From contig JAQURM010000008.1 in assembly GCA_028715605.1 (NCBI GenBank), forward strand, positions 39,474-103,473: DNA of 64,000 nucleotides, read 5' to 3'. How positions within the stretch are numbered: position 1 is the first letter of the stretch; each line of letters opens with the position of its first letter. Below, piece after piece: positions 1 through 7,263 of the stretch. The DNA is from Desulfovibrionales bacterium. Its GTDB lineage: Bacteria > Desulfobacterota > QYQD01. The position numbers and the translations under genes are program-made. The notes beneath the pieces are model-generated. The model ran no database searches and had not been told where the DNA came from. It was given only the letters and a program-made list of their open reading frames with translations.

Positions 1-389
1 ACCCCGCTCCCTGGCCTCTTTATAGCTCCCCACCCCCAGATTCGAACCCAACGCCGAACCGTTATCCAGCTCTTTGTACATATCACAGATGGCCTGGGTC
101 ACCTGGCCTACCGACTTGACCGTCAGGTCTTTCCCGATAATGCCGCGCCAGCCCGAGGTGCCGAATTTGACCGGCGATATGGGCCTGGCTTGCGAGGTCA
201 GGATTTCGTCCCTGACCAGGGAATAAATACCGTCGATCTCTTTCTGATAAAAGGCCCTGTTATCCGGATCGGTATTTCTTAACTGCACCAGTTCAGAAAT
301 GGCCGCAAAATATTTACTCCTGGCATGATTGCCCGGAATGATACACTTATCCCGAATCTCCTTGCTCATCTCCTCACATCGCATCATTA
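1..389 (-). CDS. Phosphoglucomutase/phosphomannomutase family protein, N-terminal part (gene runs off the window start)
   Basis: Minus-strand translation from ATGATG at 389 gives MMRCEEMSKEIRDK...PVKFGTSGWRGIIGKDL, the phosphohexomutase N-terminal motif. No stop codon before position 1. Confidence 0.65.
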
Positions 390-591
390 TATAATTACCC
401 TTAACAGTTCGCCCTATCCCTCAGCTCAATTGCAGCTCATGTTTCAGCCCAGATATGCGTTTTCCCCTTAATTTTCGCCGGGTTTTGGCTCACCAGCGGC
501 GCACGTTCCGGCTCACTTTCGGGCCATTTGGACCCCGAATCGGGCCAGATTCGGGCAAACTGGTCCGAATCACTTGTGGATTAGCAATTGT

Positions 592-644
592 GCCATTATC
601 GCGCCAATCGCGCCATTATCGCGCCAATCGCGCCATTCTGTCGC
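592..644. repeat. 20 bp tandem direct repeat (gccattatcgcgccaatcgc, about 2.6 copies) in the 3' region of the AlbA_2 gene
   Basis: Units at 592-611 and 612-631 are identical, followed by a partial third unit. Confidence 0.8.
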
Positions 645-653
645 TGCTTTCAG

Positions 654-2024
654 TCATTTATTCGGCTCATACCGAGTGGTTTTTCCGGTGCCGCGTTTGA
701 CCAATAGCCCTTTCTTCAGTAAGCCCTGGATGTCACGTTGTAGCGTGCGCTTGGGCATCTTCATAAGCTGAGCAAACTCCGATAGTGTGATCTGACCTCT
801 CTCCGCGATGAGGCTGAGCGCTTTCAACTGCCGCTCGTTCAGTCCCGCTTCCGCGAATCGCCGTTCCACAGGAATAGTCTTCCGAAAGACAACCCTGAAA
901 CTCCCGCCGCGCGACTCAAACTCGGGCTCCGGGATGCCTGCCATCCGGCATTCTTCAATCATTCGGCCGGTCCCGGTTCCAAACTGCTCGATGTAACGGA
1001 TCAGGAAGAACATACGGGCAATCAACTTGTTTCGCGGCTTGGACTCATGGTTCCGGCGCAGATCGTCCACGGTAAGCCCCGCCGGCAACGTTCCGGGATT
1101 CCATACCTCAAGACCGTGATCGAAAATCCGTACCTGGACATTTCCGGAATCGGCATAGTCGCGGTGGCACACCGCATTGGTGATCGCCTCGCGGACCGCG
1201 TCCAGCGGATATTCCCATTGCTCGGTCCGTTCCGGTTTTCCCTCGATCTTTACCGCCATGCTTGTGTTGCGCCGAACAAACGCCATCGCCTCTTCGACCT
1301 GATCGATAACGGATCCTTCTATAACCTTCATGTCGAGGAAATGAACCGTATCGTCGCCCTTGAAACGCGCGCACCGTAAGGCAGACTGGGGCATCAACCG
1401 CTCCGGCTCTTTTCCGAAGAGCAAAATTGCCGCAATAGTGGTTTTCTTGTCCCGAATCAGATTCAGTTGACGCAGTACTTGATCGGCAGGCGTATCGGCG
1501 CCTGCATTCAGTCGCCGTTCATTTCTTGCCCGCCCCAAAAAACTCCGTACTTTTTCAACATTGATGTCCTGGAGGGATGCCTCGTCCAATATCGTCTCAT
1601 CCCAAGTAATTCCACGTGTAGCGAAATAAAGGTCGGCCGCCTCGGCTGGCGAGAGTGTCTGGTTCGTCCTGCCGGAACGACGCAATGGTTTATCGAAGGC
1701 ATATACCGGCTTCGCAGGGTTTTCCGGCACATCGAGCGTAATGACAATCTTACCTTTTCTTTGGATTATAGCAACAGCCGGGACGGTCTTCGGATTGGTG
1801 TTTTGGACTATCTTGTTGGTGAGGTCCTCCAGTGTCCCTTTGCCGATCTGAACACCGACTGGCTGGCCATTATCCGCGACTCCGATAAAGATACGGCCGC
1901 CATGTGCCGTCGCAAAGGCTGCGCAGGTTTTGACGATTTCTTTCCACTCCCCCACGGATTCCTTAAGTTCAACCGCTTCTCCCTCAGTAGGAATCGCTAT
2001 CTTTTCAAAGCTTTTTTGCTTCAC
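654..2024 (-). CDS. Schlafen-like AlbA_2 + HATPase_c_4 ('divergent AAA') + C-terminal winged-HTH protein (RecG-C-like putative DNA-binding ATPase)
   Basis: 456 aa ORF. AlbA_2-type N-terminus (GGRIFIGVADNG). HATPase_c_4-like motifs (AVREAITNAVCHRDY, FGTGTGRMIEEC). C-terminal HTH (LSEFAQLMKMPKRTLQRDIQGLLKKGLL). A paralogue lies at 7264-8706. Confidence 0.8.
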   Translation of the reverse strand: MKQKSFEKIAIPTEGEAVELKESVGEWKEIVKTCAAFATAHGGRIFIGVADNGQPVGVQIGKGTLEDLTNKIVQNTNPKTVPAVAIIQRKGKIVITLDVPENPAKPVYAFDKPLRRSGRTNQTLSPAEAADLYFATRGITWDETILDEASLQDINVEKVRSFLGRARNERRLNAGADTPADQVLRQLNLIRDKKTTIAAILLFGKEPERLMPQSALRCARFKGDDTVHFLDMKVIEGSVIDQVEEAMAFVRRNTSMAVKIEGKPERTEQWEYPLDAVREAITNAVCHRDYADSGNVQVRIFDHGLEVWNPGTLPAGLTVDDLRRNHESKPRNKLIARMFFLIRYIEQFGTGTGRMIEECRMAGIPEPEFESRGGSFRVVFRKTIPVERRFAEAGLNERQLKALSLIAERGQITLSEFAQLMKMPKRTLQRDIQGLLKKGLLVKRGTGKTTRYEPNK

Positions 2025-2350
2025 GCCGGATTCCTCATAGCTTTGCCGAAAAGACTACTCTCCGTCGCGGCCAGCCGTTGATCGATGAGCGCCCGCCAGT
2101 TGGCGACGAGTTTCTTGAGCGCAGCCTCATATTCCAGCACCTCTTCCATACCGGCTTGGGTGCCCTCGATGCGGGAAGAAAGCATGGCCTCTTGGGTGGT
2201 CAAAGGCGAAAGCAGCACTGCCGGGTTGACCACCCCTTGGAGCATGCCGTCATACCTGGCCAGGGCGGCGTTCGCCTGTCCGATCAGGGAAACATGGGCG
2301 GCCCAGTCAACACGGTCGAGGGGCAGGCTGTCCGGTGTAAAGGGTTTCAT
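2021..2350 (-). CDS. Stand-alone Fic_N-like domain protein (about 109 aa, inhibitory-helix motif SxxxEG; no Fic catalytic core)
   Basis: MKPFTPD...LIGQANAALARYDG...LSPLTTQEAMLSSRIEGTQ matches the Fic N-terminal domain. Its stop overlaps the start of the downstream AlbA_2 gene (ATGA). The ORF track starts at 2428, but the likely start is M at 2350. Confidence 0.55.
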   Translation of the reverse strand: MKPFTPDSLPLDRVDWAAHVSLIGQANAALARYDGMLQGVVNPAVLLSPLTTQEAMLSSRIEGTQAGMEEVLEYEAALKKLVANWRALIDQRLAATESSLFGKAMRNPA

Positions 2351-2418
2351 GAAATAACCTCCTCGCGCACGTCGATCTTGCCCATCACCGCTGCCGAGAT
2401 AAGGGCTGAACGGTATTT

Positions 2419-2524
2419 GAACATGCATAGCGAGCGCATTCCCCGCTGCTTGCGGCGGGGTTAGCGAGCGAATACTATGCTTTTTACCTTACATACGGAG
2501 ATTCCCCGCAGCTTGCTGCGGGGA
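2419..2524 (+). repeat. Twin-hairpin intergenic repeat element, copy 1 (hairpins ccccgctgcttgcggcgggg and ccccgcagcttgctgcgggg)
   Basis: About 105 bp is roughly 85% identical to the reverse complement of 25868-25984. Confidence 0.8.
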
Positions 2525-2603
2525 GCTTCAATTTTTCAGAAAAAAGACGCAAGGTCATCATCTCTCGTTTCGTGCCTTTCGTGTGTTTCGTAGCCTCTTT
2601 AAC

Positions 2604-2744
2604 TGTTATCCAGTTCCTTGTACATATCAGAAATGACCGCAAAATAGCTGCTCCCGGCATAATGTATTTATCACGAATCTCTTTGCTCATCTCCTCACAG
2701 CTCATCATTATATAATTACCTTAACAGATTCTCCTATCCCTCAG
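2604..2744 (-). pseudogene. Duplicated, internally deleted fragment of the phosphoglucomutase 5' end plus upstream region (att-like direct repeat of 61-423)
   Basis: gttatccagttccttgtacatatcagaaatgaccgcaaaat...cacgaatctctttgctcatctcctcacagctcatcattatataattacc-ttaacagattctcctatccctcag aligns with 61-423 apart from a roughly 228 bp internal deletion. Both copies end at ...ccctcag. Confidence 0.75.
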
Positions 2745-2926
2745 GTATCCCCCCGATATCCGCCTCGTCGAGCGGTTCGTCCACGGCATTACGCAGCCAT
2801 GATGGATCGAAGCCGGCAGCCGAAGTTCCCTCGACCCTGATCCTGACCTTGGCCCCCTCGGACTTGTCCGCCAGGTTCTCGATGGCCGGGAATGCAAGGA
2901 AACACGCCGACAACTTCTGGCGCCTA
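2737..2926 (-). other. Short open frame without an ATG (...AIENLADKSEGAKVRIRVEGTSAAGFDPSWLRNAVDEPLDEADIGGIPEG*); possible C-terminal remnant of a decayed gene
   Basis: Protein-like 63-codon frame whose stop lies inside the duplicated pgm-upstream segment. No start codon except a possible TTG. Confidence 0.25.
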
Positions 2927-2951
2927 CGTTATTGAATTTCAGTCTGCATTT

Positions 2952-3483
2952 TTATGGCATAGAGGAAAATATTTTTTCAACATAAGATCCTTCCTGTCGG
3001 AAAAGCGGATAATCTTTTTCCAAATCCTCCCAAGTCTTTCCCTTGGCGCCAGGGATTTTGTCCGGGGATGTATCCGCCGGGGCAAGGATGTAGCCGTCCA
3101 ATTCGATTCTCTTTGTCCCGAACTTCTTATTAGCACCAATGACCCGCAGTTTCTCAATGGCCGCAAAGCGGTCATTGTCCACGATCCCTTCATGGTGAAG
3201 CCCGTGGGGATCGAGAAACACGACACGGACCGATTTCGTGTTTTTGTTGCGTATCCAGAGGATGAAGTCGGGCCTAATATCCGTTCTATTCCCCTGCCCC
3301 CGCGCCGGGCGCGGCAGGCAGATCGTGCTCGACCTCCAGGCCATGGTCATACTCGTCCGCCAAGTCTGGGTAGCCCACTGTGGTGACCTCGAGTTGGGTT
3401 TCATCCGGCAGGACGACCGTTAACCATCCTCCTTCTTCATTGCCCTGTCGGATCTCTCCGCTGAATTCGCCATCTGTTTCCAA
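2952..3483 (-). pseudogene. Frameshift-disrupted nuclease-like gene downstream of herA (two overlapping frames: 3483-3286 and 3404-2952)
   Basis: Frame A reads ...LTVVLPDETQLEVTTVGYPDLADEYDHGLEVEHDLPAAPGAG. Frame B reads ...RTDIRPDFILWIRNKNTKSVRVVFLDPHGL...KIFSSMP. They overlap in a GC-rich run around 3290-3310. The 5' end overlaps the herA 3' end. Confidence 0.35.
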
Positions 3484-5155
3484 TCTCCGTCAAGAGTTCA
3501 TCAGGGAGGGGATCATTCTGCCAGCCCCTGTCGAAATCAATGTCGTGCGAACGGGGAAGTTGATCTTTTTGCAATTGTTTCACCAGAATGCGTGATGGGA
3601 GCAATGTCGCTTGCCCAACGAAAATCGCTTCTCGGCGACGAAGACCAGAAAGGATCTTAGTCAACCCGGATAGCGAGTCTGGGAGAATCGCCCGCACGTG
3701 TTCACGGTCGGCGTCGTTCGTAATTCGCATAATGATCCATGAGTTACATTGAGACAAAACTGTCGCCTCAACTTCATTCGGCCGTTGTGATACAAGCATT
3801 AGGCCGATACCGTATTTTCGACCTTCCTTTGCGAGCCTTCGGATAGCGTCCTGGGCGGCCTCATATTGAGCCTCGCCTCTGTTCGGGACATAGCGATGGG
3901 CCTCTTCACATACAACAAGCATAGGTGACCGCTCCCTTTCTTTCACGGTCTGCCACACTTTAATCGAGAAAAGTGTTCTGGCGATCGCCGAGCTCGCCGC
4001 GCCCGCAACCTCGTTGGGAACTCCTGATAGATCCACAATTCGTATCGCCTCACCACCGCCAAGAAATTGGTGCACGATCGAAGCAAACTCATCCGTGCTT
4101 CCGTTCCAGTCGTTCATCATGAAGCGCAAACGCGCATCGCGGCGTAACACCTCTAACTTTTGAAGAATGGAATTGTGCGAATCCTGCTTACTCGCCTGTG
4201 TCGGCCTGTCAGCTTCCACCAATTGTTTAAACTTGTCTAGGGAATAGGGAACTGGGGAATCAACAGTAATCTCTTTTGCGTCCACGCCAATTGCCGTTGC
4301 CCCCTCTTGGCGAACAGTTAGAAGCGCAGTCTTGACAATGTTCGCTTGCGAAGTAGCAACGAATTCGGTTTTCCCAATTAGAAGGCTGATTGTCTCCTGG
4401 AAATTTAAAAGCCAATAAGGCAAGGATAGTGTTCTCTCGTCCGTTGAAAGCCGTTTGTGCCCTGGAAAGGCATCTCCGTATTCATTATGTGGGTCGAGGA
4501 TCACGATCCTGGGGTTCCAGCGTACGTAGTTCTTGTCACTTCCTCGCGCTGTAATCGCATGAAGGATAGAGGCAACCGCTCCCGACTTGCCCGCACCTGT
4601 TGAACCGAGAATTGCTGTATGCTTTCCCAGCAACTCATTCATGTTTGCGTATGCAGGGGTCCCGCCTGATCCCACGTGCTCGCCGATTTCGATTGGTACA
4701 CCCTCGCCTTCGCCGAATACGTATTTCAACTCTGTCTTTGGCGTGAGGTAGACCTTCTGTTGGGGCAATGGGAACGTCGATACGCCGCGCTCGAACCGCA
4801 GTCTCCAGCCCTGGTGAGTTCCATCCCCTTCGTGTACCCACTCGCCTTCACCGAAAAGGTCTGCTTCAACTACACGAGCCGTAGAGCTGGTCTCCGACAC
4901 GATTCCCTTCTCTCTTTGATATTCAGCCTTCATGCGAAGGCGACTCACATATCCATAGATGAGCGTTCTGCCGTAGTGAATCCTAATGATCGAGCCAAAT
5001 TGTCCAATGGGGTAGATGACCCCACCGTAGACCCGTGACAGCTCGGATATCTGAGCATCGAGCTCGGCGACAATATGGGTCCCATCGACTTCGATAATTG
5101 TCCCTATGGATAGGTTTTCAATCGGGTCACCGGGTTGTTGGCGAGTCTTGCTCAT
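3437..5155 (-). CDS. herA: HerA-like helicase/ATPase (DUF87), SIR2-HerA antiphage system component
   Basis: Walker A GSTGAGKSG, Walker B MLVVCEEAHRYVP, HerA-like N-terminal barrel. Start taken at M (MSKTRQQ...), overlapping the sir2 stop by 4 nt (ATGA). Confidence 0.85.
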   Translation of the reverse strand: MSKTRQQPGDPIENLSIGTIIEVDGTHIVAELDAQISELSRVYGGVIYPIGQFGSIIRIHYGRTLIYGYVSRLRMKAEYQREKGIVSETSSTARVVEADLFGEGEWVHEGDGTHQGWRLRFERGVSTFPLPQQKVYLTPKTELKYVFGEGEGVPIEIGEHVGSGGTPAYANMNELLGKHTAILGSTGAGKSGAVASILHAITARGSDKNYVRWNPRIVILDPHNEYGDAFPGHKRLSTDERTLSLPYWLLNFQETISLLIGKTEFVATSQANIVKTALLTVRQEGATAIGVDAKEITVDSPVPYSLDKFKQLVEADRPTQASKQDSHNSILQKLEVLRRDARLRFMMNDWNGSTDEFASIVHQFLGGGEAIRIVDLSGVPNEVAGAASSAIARTLFSIKVWQTVKERERSPMLVVCEEAHRYVPNRGEAQYEAAQDAIRRLAKEGRKYGIGLMLVSQRPNEVEATVLSQCNSWIIMRITNDADREHVRAILPDSLSGLTKILSGLRRREAIFVGQATLLPSRILVKQLQKDQLPRSHDIDFDRGWQNDPLPDELLTEIGNRWRIQRRDPTGQ

Positions 5156-6345
5156 CGCTCGCCTCCCAACAATCGAACGAGTAGCTCGAACCGCCACCAT
5201 GGTAAGGGTGTCTCAGATTCGGTCCGTGTATCTGCATGGAAGAAACCCTTGTTCGCGTGAATACGCACGTGCTCTTTTACCGATGAATCGTCTAGCCAGT
5301 CTTTCAAGATCCCGGTTGGTGTGTCGTCACTGGTAAAAATGACGAACGATACTCGTCCGTCAGACTCGTGCAGCGCTCGATTAAGTTCATAATTGATGTG
5401 GGAATCGCCAAATGAATAGCCAATGATGGCAAGCACGACCTCGTTGCTGGGGCCAGGCCGCAGCGTGGTCCGTAACCTGCCAATGATCTGCGCATAGGGG
5501 TCTCGTTGTGTTTCGCGGTATTTTGTCGCCGCTGGCCAGATTAGAACCGGCTCTCGCTGCTTATCATCCTTCAGGCTCGGGCGTATTCGTGACGGAAGCA
5601 CATCGTCTTCGATCAGGCACCAATCAATCGAACCATGCACTTTGAAAACTCGCGCATGAACGCCGCGTTCGTCATACGCATCGGTGCTCCACCAGCCCGT
5701 TACGCCACCATTGAAGCCGTCCGCTATCGGAATTCTCTCTAGCGACAACGCATCTTCAACGAGCGTGTCATAGTTGAGGGTGAAATAATCCACCGGCTGA
5801 ACCGCCCCGGATTTGCCCGATTGAAGCCTACCGTGGATTGCCTTCACGAAGCTGCGATGGTGCTGGATGTCTACCTGCCTCTTAACAATCGCTTGTTCGA
5901 TCTGCTGCTTTATGGCAGCCAAGGCCTCCTCCAATTCCTTGGCTGAATAGGATGTAGCCTCGATGGTGACGTTCGCCTTAGTAGAAAATCGAAACGCTCT
6001 TCTCGTCGCAATGGAGATAAAATCTACAAGCTCGCTCATGTAGTCCTCGATAGTACAACCCTGTGCTCCCTGAAATTGCTGAATAAGCTCTTGAAGTATC
6101 TGATGGGCTTTGTCCGTCGAAGGGATCGCCGTGAGAACCTCCTGTGTTAGTTCTTCCATCAGCGGCAAGCCCGCGCACTTGCTGCACCCTGCGCCAATCA
6201 AGAAAGCTCGCCTGCTTTGAGATAAGAGTTTCACGAACTCTTCGACTAGTTCATAAAACTGGGGTGCCTTCAAAGCCGACATGACATCCTCTGCTTCGAT
6301 AACCGAGGTTTCCGCTGACGCTTGGGCTTCCCGTTTCTTAGCCAT
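5152..6345 (-). CDS. SIR2-family (SIR2_2) NAD+-binding protein, SIR2-HerA antiphage system component
   Basis: FLIGAGCS glycine-rich NAD motif, FTLNYDTLVE, VFKVHGSIDW. Start chosen at MAKKREAQ (6345) with a GGAGGTG Shine-Dalgarno sequence 8 nt upstream. Confidence 0.85.
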   Translation of the reverse strand: MAKKREAQASAETSVIEAEDVMSALKAPQFYELVEEFVKLLSQSRRAFLIGAGCSKCAGLPLMEELTQEVLTAIPSTDKAHQILQELIQQFQGAQGCTIEDYMSELVDFISIATRRAFRFSTKANVTIEATSYSAKELEEALAAIKQQIEQAIVKRQVDIQHHRSFVKAIHGRLQSGKSGAVQPVDYFTLNYDTLVEDALSLERIPIADGFNGGVTGWWSTDAYDERGVHARVFKVHGSIDWCLIEDDVLPSRIRPSLKDDKQREPVLIWPAATKYRETQRDPYAQIIGRLRTTLRPGPSNEVVLAIIGYSFGDSHINYELNRALHESDGRVSFVIFTSDDTPTGILKDWLDDSSVKEHVRIHANKGFFHADTRTESETPLPWWRFELLVRLLGGER

Positions 6346-6580
6346 GTAACACCTCCACGCCTTGGTCATATATCGCAGGCAACTCGATCTCGCCGTTCAC
6401 GAATTTGGCAAATTGAGTGCCTCGTAGACAACCCATCTGTACGCGCGCCCCGCCACCTACCTGTGCCGCGCCATGGCTTGGCGCGACTGAGAAATCGGCG
6501 CAGGTCGCCTGGATCGCCTCGCCTGCGTCAAGGCTTCGGCAAGCAGACAGGAAGTCTTCTGTCAATCTACGGTCATTCAT
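6338..6580 (-). CDS. Hypothetical small protein (80 aa), translationally coupled upstream of sir2
   Basis: MNDRRLTEDFLSACRSLDAGEAIQ...VEVLHG. Its stop TAA lies inside sir2 codons 2-3 (ATGGCTAA). Its start overlaps the upstream ORF stop (ATGAATGA). Confidence 0.45.
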   Translation of the reverse strand: MNDRRLTEDFLSACRSLDAGEAIQATCADFSVAPSHGAAQVGGGARVQMGCLRGTQFAKFVNGEIELPAIYDQGVEVLHG

Positions 6581-7018
6581 TAGAATATCTTTCTTGGTAA
6601 AAAGCATTTAAGCCATTTATGATCCCTTTGTCCCCTTTATGTCCCTTTTTGTCATCGGGTATTACATGCCCCCTTTGTCTGGTTTCGCCATCCAGTGGGC
6701 CTTTGTCGGGTTTTTGTTCGTCCCACATCTCGCGATAGGCGTGGACGTATGAAACCGTTGCCTCCGGGTCAATATCAAAGTAGTGGCGGCAAAGCTTCTT
6801 GTATAGTACCAGCATGCCCTCATCGAAACAGAAATCGAGCATGCCGTCAAGGCATCTTTCGATACGCCTTGCATCACGGTCTTGCGCCTTCAGGATGGCC
6901 TCAACTTCAGCCGAATATTGCTGTACAGCAACACGAGCAAGCTTTTGTGCGTCCCTGGCCAGCTCGCCTATGCGATTAACGAGATCATCCTTCCGTGATT
7001 CCGTTTCACTCTTCATCT
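6573..7018 (-). CDS. Hypothetical protein (148 aa), first gene of the putative 4-gene operon with the 80-aa ORF, sir2 and herA
   Basis: MKSETESRKDDLVNRIGELARDAQKLARVAVQQYSAEVEAILK...; charged and helical, protein-like composition. The upstream R/K-rich extension to 7157 is judged non-coding. Confidence 0.5.
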
Positions 7019-7263
7019 GTACTCGCTTTTTGCGCCTGTTTCTTTCCGGTTTGTGTCCGATTTCCCTTCTTCTGGATGCTGGTGGCCAGCTTCGCCCACA
7101 AGGCTGATTCGACCGCTCTTGTCGTAGGCCCTTTGAGCCCTTTGTGAGCCTATGCATCTATATTTACCAAACCATGGCGATGTCCCAATTGTCCCATAAA
7201 TGTCTCATATTGCACCGCAAGCAATCCACTTTTTCTTGATGTCTCATATGTCCCATTAATGGC

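Noticed and set aside
2484-2708. 74-aa ORF beginning like the phosphoglucomutase N-terminus
   Set aside because: Only the first about 25 codons match the real gene. The rest is read-through of the decayed duplicate, so it is called a pseudogene fragment, not a CDS.
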